This document shows positions 1 to 7,298 of a stretch of DNA of 64,000 bases, piece after piece. Made by a program: the position numbers and the translations under genes. The stretch is taken from IMG/VR virus record IMGVR_UViG_3300024344_003209, positions 1-64,000 of that record; one strand, 5' to 3'. Source of the DNA: a virus. A model generated the notes under the pieces. It saw nothing but the letters and a program-made list of their open reading frames with translations, did not search any database and was not told the DNA's origin. Numbering within the stretch: position 1 is the stretch's first letter; each line of letters opens with the position of its first letter.

Positions 1-14
1 ATTCTACAAACATA

Positions 15-263
15 TTAAAAAAGTTTTGAGTCTTCGTCTTTAGTCTTTAATATAATTTTCTGTACAGAAAATTTAAAAGCAAAAAATGAAATCACTGGCC
101 AAATAAATAGAATCAAAAGGTTAAACCAAGCGGCTTGCTCAAGGCCCTCTACGTTTCTTTCTCCGCCGATGGCCATTACTACTCCTACTGTAAACCCTAA
201 GCAGAAAAGTCCTGCGAAGTTTAAGCCTACGAATGCTAAAAATGCTAATATATATTTCTTCAT
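15..263 (-). CDS. small membrane protein (2 predicted TM helices)
   Basis: 82 aa with two hydrophobic stretches; ATGA overlap with the upstream cupin gene. Confidence 0.6.
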   Translation of the reverse strand: MKKYILAFLAFVGLNFAGLFCLGFTVGVVMAIGGERNVEGLEQAAWFNLLILFIWPVISFFAFKFSVQKIILKTKDEDSKLF

Positions 264-649
264 GTTATTGAAAGTTGTTTTGGTAGTTCTCGGTATAGTC
301 TATAGCTATCGCTATCTTCATGGAAGGTGCTTATCTCTACAAATTTTACACCTCCGCTTTTATTGGCTATTAGTCTATGAGGAATGAGTCTGTCTAATAC
401 AAATACTTCTCCCTCATTTACAGTTTTTGTATATTTCTCTGTAGTAATAGTGCAGATGATTTCTATATCTAAGCTTCCCTCTAAGATATAAAACGTTTCG
501 TGTTTATTCTTATGGAGATGCATTGATGTGGAATGAGGGAAGTTGATCTGAAGAATCTTACCGCAGTAATTTTCTTTCTCATTATTGGCCATCCATATCT
601 CATAGCCCCAATCTTTATGTACTTTTTTTGCTTTTGCTAATGCACTCAT
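260..649 (-). CDS. cupin-domain protein (sugar isomerase/epimerase-like)
   Basis: KDWGYEIW, SMHLHKNKHETFYILEG, PHRL and EIST cupin motifs. Confidence 0.8.
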   Translation of the reverse strand: MSALAKAKKVHKDWGYEIWMANNEKENYCGKILQINFPHSTSMHLHKNKHETFYILEGSLDIEIICTITTEKYTKTVNEGEVFVLDRLIPHRLIANKSGGVKFVEISTFHEDSDSYRLYRELPKQLSIT

Positions 650-737
650 TGCAGTATAGTTTTATCTTACCTTTAACTTGTATCCAAGTCAAGTCAATTT
701 CTTTGAAATCTTTCTTGCATTTACTACAAGGATTCAC
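615..737 (-). CDS. 40-aa zinc-ribbon microprotein (not in ORF track)
   Basis: Hand translation MNPCSKCKKDFKEIDLTWIQVKGKIKLYCNECISKSKKST has two CxxC pairs; GTG start overlaps the upstream TGA (GTGA). Confidence 0.55.
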   Translation of the reverse strand: MNPCSKCKKDFKEIDLTWIQVKGKIKLYCNECISKSKKST

Positions 738-946
738 AAATCCGCCTCTCCTATATCAATAAAATATAAAAGTCTGTAAATCTTTTCTCTACCGACTCCA
801 GTTTCTAGTAGGTCTATCGGCATTTCCATGTTTAAGTCTCTATTTGGTGTTAATAACCAATCTGCAACATTGTCATGATCCATGACGGCGCAGCACTCAT
901 TAACAATATTAACAAATTCAATTAAATTATCTTTTCTTACTCTCAC
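734..946 (-). CDS. stand-alone Xre/MbcA/ParS antitoxin C-terminal-like domain (DUF2384-like)
   Basis: VADWLLTPNRDLNMEMPIDLLETGVGREKIYRLL matches the WL..PN..L.G..P..LL.T..G...V..LL pattern; no HTH and no toxin adjacent. Confidence 0.7.
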   Translation of the reverse strand: MRVRKDNLIEFVNIVNECCAVMDHDNVADWLLTPNRDLNMEMPIDLLETGVGREKIYRLLYFIDIGEADL

Positions 947-1629
947 TTGTCTCTCCTACGTTCGTCATACTGTCGTCGTCTTTCATTACTGTCAATTTTT
1001 CTGTTCAAACTGCTTTGGCCACTCTGAAGTCCTTCTAGTCTTTTAAGAATATATTCTCTTTTTTCTTTATCGTCTATCCTGTCTATATACTCTAGTCCTT
1101 TTTGAATAATTCTAGGATCAATTTTAGGCGTCCTTGAAGGAACTTTGATTATATTTGGTTGTGCTGGTTTTGGTGAAACTTTGACAGATTTAGAACCTTC
1201 TCTTCTGGAGCTTTCTTTTTTATCTTTTTTTATAACTGTTGGTTTAGAAAGCGGAGCGATAGTAGTGGTGGATGGCAACTTATGAGTATCAAAAGATAGA
1301 AGCTCTACTACTCCGTTATTATTAACCTCTACTAAGCCTCTGCTGACACTCAACAAAGTCACGCCCGAGTCTGTCCTCCGTTTGCTATTCAGAGTCAAAA
1401 ATCTTTTAGGTATGTCGTTAGAAAAAAGATATACATTCGTTTCGTTTTTATATTTCATTATTCCAGTTAGGTTTAGTTTAACTGGTGCTTGTTTTAATAT
1501 CTCGGTAACTGGGGGTAGTTTTGGTACATCATTTAACAAAGAAAACGCATTTCTTTTATTAATCGAGTCGTATGGGTTTTCTTCTGCAAATACAGAAGCC
1601 GCTAACAATAATGGTAATAATTTTTTCAT
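943..1629 (-). CDS. exported protein resembling Verrucomicrobia T2SS/T4P accessory (GspC/PilP-like) proteins
   Basis: Signal peptide [15 protein letters not shown]; NPY..I..RNAF, Pro-rich linker, LNLTGI and a beta-rich domain; start moved to ATG 1629 (ATGA overlap). Confidence 0.5.
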   Translation of the reverse strand: MKKLLPLLLAASVFAEENPYDSINKRNAFSLLNDVPKLPPVTEILKQAPVKLNLTGIMKYKNETNVYLFSNDIPKRFLTLNSKRRTDSGVTLLSVSRGLVEVNNNGVVELLSFDTHKLPSTTTIAPLSKPTVIKKDKKESSRREGSKSVKVSPKPAQPNIIKVPSRTPKIDPRIIQKGLEYIDRIDDKEKREYILKRLEGLQSGQSSLNRKIDSNERRRQYDERRRDK

Positions 1630-1907
1630 GGTGATGATGCGTGACACTTGTAACATTTAGTTTGAATAAGCCATTCGTCGAGATTAATCAATTCATCTTT
1701 AAAAGAAGAATCTCTAGGCCCAGAAAATCCGTTTTCGTCGTAGCCTTCCGAATAATAAAAAATAGTCAGTTGCCTTCTATAATTGTGACATTCAGCAATT
1801 TGAGCTGCATCTTTAGCTTTAGAAAGCGCAGATAATAGCATTCCTACTAAAATAGTAATTATAGACAATGTGATTAAGAGTTCCAAAATTGTATAGCTTT
1901 TATTCAT
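1626..1907 (-). CDS. short prepilin/pseudopilin-like protein
   Basis: Class III signal MNKS|[28 protein letters not shown] with Glu+5, then C.N.RQL; start moved to ATG 1907. Confidence 0.8.
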   Translation of the reverse strand: MNKSYTILELLITLSIITILVGMLLSALSKAKDAAQIAECHNYRRQLTIFYYSEGYDENGFSGPRDSSFKDELINLDEWLIQTKCYKCHASSP

Positions 1908-2880
1908 GGTAGGGCTTCCATGTTGGATGATGCCCCCAGCTATCGTTCCAATACCAGCCCCAAGAATCATAAACTTTCCCATTTACCTCTCTTGTATTCC
2001 AATCCCTATCATATCTAGCTATCCCTCCGATAACCGATCTCCAATTATGATTATTGTAATCAGTCTCTGTGGATCTTTCTCCTAGCCATTTCAAATCACG
2101 ATTATCAGGACTAACATACATATCTCTTGTGGTAGTTGGATTTTGAAGATGCTTAGGTATGTTTTTAGTATCTTCCTCTAGCCATCTTTTAAATTCAACG
2201 TGAGCATCAACAAAAGAAATAACTGAACCATTATTATGATAGACACCGGGCCAGTCCATGGAGAACGCATGCTCTTTTCCTTTTAATACTGGGGGAACTC
2301 TGAAATTCCCAGCGTTAATTGAGTTTGGAGGCATCTCAATAAAAGTAAAAGTTTTGCTAGTGTCTTTTACTTCTTCGTAGCGATGATGTATCTTGTATTG
2401 CGTGTCTTCCATAAATGGCCAGCCAGACCATCCTCCCACAAAAATATTGACACTATACGAGCGCGGCCTCGATACTCTCTTTGTCTTCCAATCTTCATTT
2501 GGGGATTTCGACTCGTATACTACAGTAGATCTATCGCCGGGGCAATGAAAGATGTTCATCCCTGCATAAGGCTTTAGAGGGGAGTAGAATAAGGGTCTAT
2601 CAGTTTGGCCCCAAGCTCCGTTACCGCTCATGCTGTCAGCTACCCAAGCCCACATTCCTGTCGGTTCATTTCTCCAAGCAGAAGCATAGGGGAATCTATC
2701 TTCGTGATCTCCAGCAAATTGGGTATAAGCTAGATTCAGTTGACGTTGATTATTTAAACAACTGGCTTGCCATCCTGTTTGTTTTGCGGAGCCGAGAGCT
2801 GGGAGTAATAAAGCAGCTAATATTGCAATAATTGCAATAACAACTAATAACTCTATTAAACTAAAAGCCCTTTCATTCAT
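1900..2880 (-). CDS. prepilin-type N-terminal cleavage/methylation protein with H-X9-DG-like C-terminal motif (PVC-type pseudopilin)
   Basis: RA|[59 protein letters not shown]. Confidence 0.9.
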   Translation of the reverse strand: MNERAFSLIELLVVIAIIAILAALLLPALGSAKQTGWQASCLNNQRQLNLAYTQFAGDHEDRFPYASAWRNEPTGMWAWVADSMSGNGAWGQTDRPLFYSPLKPYAGMNIFHCPGDRSTVVYESKSPNEDWKTKRVSRPRSYSVNIFVGGWSGWPFMEDTQYKIHHRYEEVKDTSKTFTFIEMPPNSINAGNFRVPPVLKGKEHAFSMDWPGVYHNNGSVISFVDAHVEFKRWLEEDTKNIPKHLQNPTTTRDMYVSPDNRDLKWLGERSTETDYNNHNWRSVIGGIARYDRDWNTREVNGKVYDSWGWYWNDSWGHHPTWKPYHE

Positions 2881-3109
2881 TTTCTAACCTATTTACGTAC
2901 TTATTAAGTTTACACAATTCTTCGAGTAAATGTATAGATGTTGTTCTCCAATATTTTCCAACATCCCTTAATGCTTCGTTTTGGTCTCTTAGTTCTTCTA
3001 GATATTGTTGAGCTTTATCAATATGAGGGCAAGTATTACCCGGTATTTCGGGGCAATCGTCATAAAGATCTTTATAGCCTCTAGTTGGGAAGCTCACGAA
3101 TGCCTCCAA
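2873..3109 (-). CDS. hypothetical phage protein
   Basis: ORF packed in operon; TCPHID followed by a coiled-coil segment. Confidence 0.55.
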   Translation of the reverse strand: MEAFVSFPTRGYKDLYDDCPEIPGNTCPHIDKAQQYLEELRDQNEALRDVGKYWRTTSIHLLEELCKLNKYVNRLENE

Positions 3110-3636
3110 AAGCTAAGTTTTTCTTTTTCTTCCTCTCTCTTTTCTACTGGCATTGAAATATAGTTTACATAAGTCTTTTGCTCCGACCAACTTAAAAGTT
3201 TTCTTAAGAATCTGGTAAGCTTAGAAAAGAATCTATATCTAAAAGTTCTTTGGAATAATTTCCTTTTAGCGTTAGCTACTTCGTAATCTTTCTCTCGTTC
3301 TTCTGCTTCTTCAGCAGTCTCTTCTATTTCAAATTTTATTAATTCTTTTTTATCAACGACTCCATTAACAAAAGTGAATTCAAATTCTCTCCACCATATG
3401 TTTTCATCTTTATCACGAAAAGATGTGTAGAAATTAATTTTTCCGCTGCGGGTATCTTTAATCCATTCTTTACCCTCTTTTACAAAGAGCTTTTGTCTAT
3501 AAACTTTATATTGACCTAAAAAGTTTTCAAGACTTTTAGTTTGGTAGTTGTTACTTTTAACTAACTTCTCCTGCTCTTTTGTTAACAAGCCTTTTAAGTA
3601 AGACTTCGGTACGATTATATCATCAAACATTCCCAT
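3094..3636 (-). CDS. hypothetical phage protein (MGMFD...QTK type)
   Basis: MGMFDDI, YQTKSL, INFY and EFEFTFVNG motifs; resembles 39164..39730. Confidence 0.6.
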   Translation of the reverse strand: MGMFDDIIVPKSYLKGLLTKEQEKLVKSNNYQTKSLENFLGQYKVYRQKLFVKEGKEWIKDTRSGKINFYTSFRDKDENIWWREFEFTFVNGVVDKKELIKFEIEETAEEAEEREKDYEVANAKRKLFQRTFRYRFFSKLTRFLRKLLSWSEQKTYVNYISMPVEKREEEKEKLSFWRHS

Positions 3637-4159
3637 AAGGCATTCTCTCCTTCCATCTATCGTGTGCGTGTTTTACAACTGACATAGCTTTCTTTCCATT
3701 TTTCCATTCTCCTACTTTGGTAGAGGAACTTCGATCTATTTTGTAGATCCTAAAAAACTGTTTAAATATCTTTAAGTGGCTGTCTTCTATGCCTTCCAAG
3801 GTGCTATACCTGTCCAGAGGTGACCAATGCGGGGCTACAATTAGCTTGTAATCAATTTCTTCGTCATCTACGAAGTCAAGTACCCCAAGAGGTCTACACT
3901 TCACTAGACTGCCTCTGTCGATAGGATCATGATTGAATATCAGAACATCGAGAGGATCGTTATCTAGCGCATAGGTCTGAGTCACAAATCCATAATTTAT
4001 TGGATATTGTAGTGACGAAACAAGACATCTCTCTAATTCAAAAATATTATACTTTTCGTTGTATTCATACTTTGTATTAGTTCCTTTTGGTATTTCTACA
4101 ACGCAGGATATGTGTTGGAAATCATCACTTGTTATTGGTATATCGTTAACTAAATTCAC
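3623..4159 (-). CDS. ppa: family I inorganic pyrophosphatase
   Basis: VEIPKGT.TKYE, YPINYGF, DNDPLDVL and DYKLI motifs. Confidence 0.93.
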   Translation of the reverse strand: MNLVNDIPITSDDFQHISCVVEIPKGTNTKYEYNEKYNIFELERCLVSSLQYPINYGFVTQTYALDNDPLDVLIFNHDPIDRGSLVKCRPLGVLDFVDDEEIDYKLIVAPHWSPLDRYSTLEGIEDSHLKIFKQFFRIYKIDRSSSTKVGEWKNGKKAMSVVKHAHDRWKERMPYGNV

Positions 4160-4500
4160 GGCTTGTTATATCTATTGGGTTTCTTTTCTTTTAACCACTT
4201 TATAGATTTTAACTCGTAGCCAGCGTCTTTAACAATTTTTTTCATCTGTGATGGATGAATTTCTATACTAATGAATTCAATTTGGCATATTTGGTTTTTA
4301 GTGTCAAATTTTATTAGTTTAGTTAACTTAGTTTTTTTGAATCCGTTTCTGATACCAATACCACAAGAGGAACATACAAGTCCCGGTATCTTTAGTTCTA
4401 CATCTGGATCAAAATTAGCTTGGTCTCCTGAGAGGGTGGTAGTTAAAACCCATCCAGCTAGAAAGCAAGCTATGATAATTATAATAGTTTTTTTATTCAT
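4156..4500 (-). CDS. exported heavy-metal-associated (HMA, MerP/CopZ-like) protein
   Basis: N-terminal hydrophobic signal; IPGLVCSSC and KDAGY motifs. Confidence 0.75.
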   Translation of the reverse strand: MNKKTIIIIIACFLAGWVLTTTLSGDQANFDPDVELKIPGLVCSSCGIGIRNGFKKTKLTKLIKFDTKNQICQIEFISIEIHPSQMKKIVKDAGYELKSIKWLKEKKPNRYNKP

Positions 4501-4753
4501 ACATAACCTCGTAATCTTCTATAATCTCATTGTATAAGAGTTTGTCTATTGCCTCTTGCACATTCTTCTTTACTTCTTCCTTTGGCCCTTCTTCTAGTTG
4601 TATCTCTATGTAGCGACCAATACTTACTTTTTTTAAAAATTTTATTCCTAAGCTTCTCTCAAGGTTGCTTTTCACTACAACTCCTTGTGGGTCAAGGGTG
4701 TTAGACTTTGGTCGAGTCATGACTCGCGCCTTTTTTAGTTTTCTGGCTTCCAT
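4493..4753 (-). CDS. purS: phosphoribosylformylglycinamidine synthase subunit PurS
   Basis: LDPQG, V.IGRYIEI and KLLYNEIIEDY motifs; 86 aa. Confidence 0.85.
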   Translation of the reverse strand: MEARKLKKARVMTRPKSNTLDPQGVVVKSNLERSLGIKFLKKVSIGRYIEIQLEEGPKEEVKKNVQEAIDKLLYNEIIEDYEVMYE

Positions 4754-5418
4754 CTGTAATCAGTGTGTTTGTCTCCCCATAGGGCTTCTGAGACGTTAGG
4801 TAGCTCTTTTATAAATATATCTTTACACTTATTAGCTATATCTCTGTGTTCTTTTTGGGTATTTTCCTCTGTACGAAGATCAATATAATGAACCCAACTC
4901 CTAACGCTACCTTTCATATACATAGTAGTCTCGGTTGTTAGTGGTAGTATCATTCGAGCAGACTCTTTAGCTACCCCAGCTCTAATCAACTCATTGTAAA
5001 GAGACACTCCTCTTGCGGTATGTTCTCTGACTTTCGCTAAAAGTTGACCATCTTTAAACGGTTCACTGCTGCTCTGTCTATTTTTATCAGCTTGAACTCT
5101 GAGTTCTAACTCTTCTAAGACCTGAGCTTTTGAGTATCTCTGGCTAAACTCTTGAAAGCTAAAACTTCTATGCCTAAGTATCTGCGCTGCGATAGCTCTG
5201 CTAGTTTTTATCTCCACAGTCATGTCCACCATTTCAAAAGGAGACCAGTGCTTGTGTTTGATTAGAAACTTTAAAAGTCGCGGCGCTGTCTTTGTGTTGC
5301 TTTGATTTTCTGGATTACTGACTCTAGCGCAATAAGCTATTAAATCCTCTGGCTTGGTCTCTGGCTGATTTAAATGATAATAATACGGCTGAGTAATAGA
5401 TATTAATTTTACTTGCAT
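4735..5418 (-). CDS. thyX: flavin-dependent thymidylate synthase
   Basis: HWSPFEM, RHRSFSFQEFSQRY, ESARMILP and TQKEHR. Confidence 0.97.
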   Translation of the reverse strand: MQVKLISITQPYYYHLNQPETKPEDLIAYCARVSNPENQSNTKTAPRLLKFLIKHKHWSPFEMVDMTVEIKTSRAIAAQILRHRSFSFQEFSQRYSKAQVLEELELRVQADKNRQSSSEPFKDGQLLAKVREHTARGVSLYNELIRAGVAKESARMILPLTTETTMYMKGSVRSWVHYIDLRTEENTQKEHRDIANKCKDIFIKELPNVSEALWGDKHTDYRWKPEN

Positions 5419-5612
5419 TATTTTCCAGACTTAAATAATTCCTTCAGTTCTTGTAATTCTTTTTCGAAATCGTGAGCCATTTCTACTTTGGTAGCGTCAT
5501 CGTCATCCATCATTTCATGGTTACGCCAAATTTTTTTATATTTATTTATAAGCTTGTTGATAAAAGCCATAGTCTTTTTTGGTTTATTTCTTTCAAACTC
5601 TGAGATATTCAT
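5418..5612 (-). CDS. hypothetical protein
   Basis: 64-aa ORF coupled between neighbours. Confidence 0.55.
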   Translation of the reverse strand: MNISEFERNKPKKTMAFINKLINKYKKIWRNHEMMDDDDATKVEMAHDFEKELQELKELFKSGK

Positions 5613-6066
5613 TGAGGTGTTCCTTTTTAAGTCCTTCGTTTCTTTTTAAGTTGATAGCAAAAGCAGTTTTAATTTCATGATTGTTTTTAACTGCACCCTT
5701 TGGTTTGATATCATTTACTAGGATTCTAGCTCCTGCAGCAATATCAAAAATAATTTGGTTATATTTAATACCCACGTATTCCAATACTTTAATTGTGTGA
5801 TCTTTGTGGCGCTTCGCTCTAGCTGTAGTAAGGACTACTTGGTCGGACTTAGGTATGTTTTTTAAAAATTGCTTGCTAGATGTCAGAACTTCTTCTTGTC
5901 TATGGGAAGATTTGCCATATTTAGACATTAACTGATCTAGCTTTTCATTGGATGTGCTTTTTAGTAATGTTCCATCTAGATCAAAAAACCATGTTTTTCC
6001 AAGCTTATTATGAATTTGTTTATTTTCTTGGACTCTCTCGTCTTCGGTAAATGTATTTTCTATCAT
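5593..6066 (-). CDS. HAD-superfamily phosphatase (PNK 3'-phosphatase-like)
   Basis: FFDLDGTL motif I, LTTAR motif II, ILVND. Confidence 0.75.
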   Translation of the reverse strand: MIENTFTEDERVQENKQIHNKLGKTWFFDLDGTLLKSTSNEKLDQLMSKYGKSSHRQEEVLTSSKQFLKNIPKSDQVVLTTARAKRHKDHTIKVLEYVGIKYNQIIFDIAAGARILVNDIKPKGAVKNNHEIKTAFAINLKRNEGLKKEHLNEYLRV

Positions 6067-6081
6067 TTAACTTATGTGTTT

Positions 6082-6110
6082 ATTATATCGTATACTTACA
6101 CTTAGGTCAA
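6082..6110 (-). promoter_or_regulatory. sigma70-type promoter
   Basis: TTGACC-17-TATAAT. Confidence 0.8.
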
Positions 6111-6112
6111 GC

Positions 6113-6142
6113 AAAAAAGAAAGAGGGAGCCGAAGCTCCCTC
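6113..6142 (-). terminator. Rho-independent terminator
   Basis: GAGGGAGC-TTCG-GCTCCCTC followed by TTTCTTTTTT on the minus strand. Confidence 0.9.
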
Positions 6143-6165
6143 CTAGTTAGTTGACTCTTATTCAA

Positions 6166-6573
6166 TCACTTGCGAGACCTGCGCTTCTTGCCTTTGCCTC
6201 TTTTTTTATTATCTCCTCTTTTCTTTCTCGCCTCCATAGCTTTCTTCATAGCTGCCTTCTCGTTGTCGCAAAGCTTGCCATCTTTGTTTTTATCAAACCT
6301 TTTAAGTAGGCCTTGTCTGTTAGGAGCCATCTTGCTTCTTAGCGCGGCGTATTTCTTTTTAGCTTCGGCTTCGCTGAGCTTTCCTGCTTTTACAGCCTCT
6401 CTGATCTTCTTAGCAGCAGCAGCGTACTTTTTCCTAGCTTCTGCTGATGCCTTGTTAGGGGCTGTTTTGCTTTTAGCTTGAGCTACCTTATTTGTTTTCG
6501 AATGATGATCAGCTTGTGCTACGCTTCCGCCTAGCATAAAAACTGCCGCGATAATGAATGTGATGTATTTCAT
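6166..6573 (-). CDS. exported Lys/Ala-rich protein with EF-hand-like loop
   Basis: Signal peptide (..SVAQA), IREAVKAGKLSEAEA segment, RFDKNKDGKLCDNE EF-hand loop, basic tail. Confidence 0.7.
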   Translation of the reverse strand: MKYITFIIAAVFMLGGSVAQADHHSKTNKVAQAKSKTAPNKASAEARKKYAAAAKKIREAVKAGKLSEAEAKKKYAALRSKMAPNRQGLLKRFDKNKDGKLCDNEKAAMKKAMEARKKRGDNKKRGKGKKRRSRK

Positions 6574-6604
6574 AATTAAAATTTATTCTATCTCTCTATA
6601 TCTG

Positions 6605-6613
6605 ATTACACTA
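6605..6613 (-). promoter_or_regulatory. TAGTGTAAT motif (candidate phage late promoter)
   Basis: Identical 9-mer lies upstream of five gene starts (6605, 6909, 20645, 33368, 63658). Confidence 0.6.
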
Positions 6614-6634
6614 TTTAAGAATGTTTTTTGTATT

Positions 6635-6829
6635 TTACCATTTGTGAATTATATTAGCTACTATAAAGAAACATGTCACTATATTGACAAGTATTATAAA
6701 GCTACGTAAAAATAAACTAAACTGAGCTTCTTTTAGTGAGAGGATCGGTATATTTGGTTCGTCATCATTAGTCTTCCCGATCCGATGATCTACTGTCCTG
6801 CACCAAATTAACCAAAGCTTTTTAAGCAT
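6635..6829 (-). CDS. small membrane protein of a type common in marine phages
   Basis: MLKKLWLIWCRT...CFFIVANIIHKW; start re-assigned to ATG 6829. Confidence 0.6.
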   Translation of the reverse strand: MLKKLWLIWCRTVDHRIGKTNDDEPNIPILSLKEAQFSLFLRSFIILVNIVTCFFIVANIIHKW

Positions 6830-6900
6830 TACCAAAACCAAACCGTATAGTCTTCTCCTCCAAAATCCTCTGGTAATATATCGTAATTTTTTCTTTTCAT
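6829..6900 (-). CDS. possible 23-aa micropeptide MKRKNYDILPEDFGGEDYTVWFW
   Basis: ATG 8 nt downstream of a TAGTGTAAT motif; TAATG coupling to the next gene. Confidence 0.35.
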   Translation of the reverse strand: MKRKNYDILPEDFGGEDYTVWFW

Positions 6901-6908
6901 CTATATTA

Positions 6909-6917
6909 ATTACACTA
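6909..6917 (-). promoter_or_regulatory. TAGTGTAAT motif (candidate phage late promoter)
   Basis: CTAGTGTAATTAATATAGATG. Confidence 0.55.
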
Positions 6918-6999
6918 GACACGAGAAGACAGAAGCCTTTTAACCCTTTCAAGCAAAAAGAACATCTGTTGAATTAGCACTACGCGAACCTTAAGAACC

Positions 7000-7242
7000 C
7001 TAAGCTCCGTTTGAACCCGAAGACCCACTCGAGCTTGAACTGCTTCTACGGCCTTTGCTTGGCGCTGGGGAAGGAGTTGGAGCTGGTTTGCTTGAGCCTA
7101 CGTTGCCAGAGCTGCCGGAGCCTACGTTGCCAGAGCTGCCGGAGCCTACGTTACCAGAGCCCACATTACCTCTTGATTTAATTGGCTTATTGTAGCGCCC
7201 TGAGTTATGGCTGTCATCTCTTCTAGCTGTTGATATTTTCAT
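7000..7242 (-). CDS. small Gly/Ser-rich basic low-complexity protein
   Basis: 80 aa with GNVGSGSS repeats and a PAPTPSPAP segment. Confidence 0.55.
   Translation of the reverse strand: MKISTARRDDSHNSGRYNKPIKSRGNVGSGNVGSGSSGNVGSGSSGNVGSSKPAPTPSPAPSKGRRSSSSSSGSSGSNGA
7094..7170. repeat. 24-bp coding tandem repeat (2 exact copies plus degenerate copies)
   Basis: gagcctacgttgccagagctgccg twice, then gagcctacgttaccagagcccacattacc. Confidence 0.9.
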
Positions 7243-7298
7243 GGTCTTTAATTTATAGTTACTTTTCTTGGAAAGAGCAAATATTTTTTTCGTAACAC

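Noticed and set aside
1900-2880. Diversity-generating retroelement target in the pilin C-terminus
   Set aside because: No reverse transcriptase or template-repeat copy seen in this window
6635-6952. 105-aa ORF as given in the track
   Set aside because: The TTG start runs across a promoter-like motif; the 64-aa ATG version fits the coupling pattern better
7094-7170. Direct repeats as a CRISPR array
   Set aside because: The repeats are head-to-tail with no spacers and are in frame within a coding region
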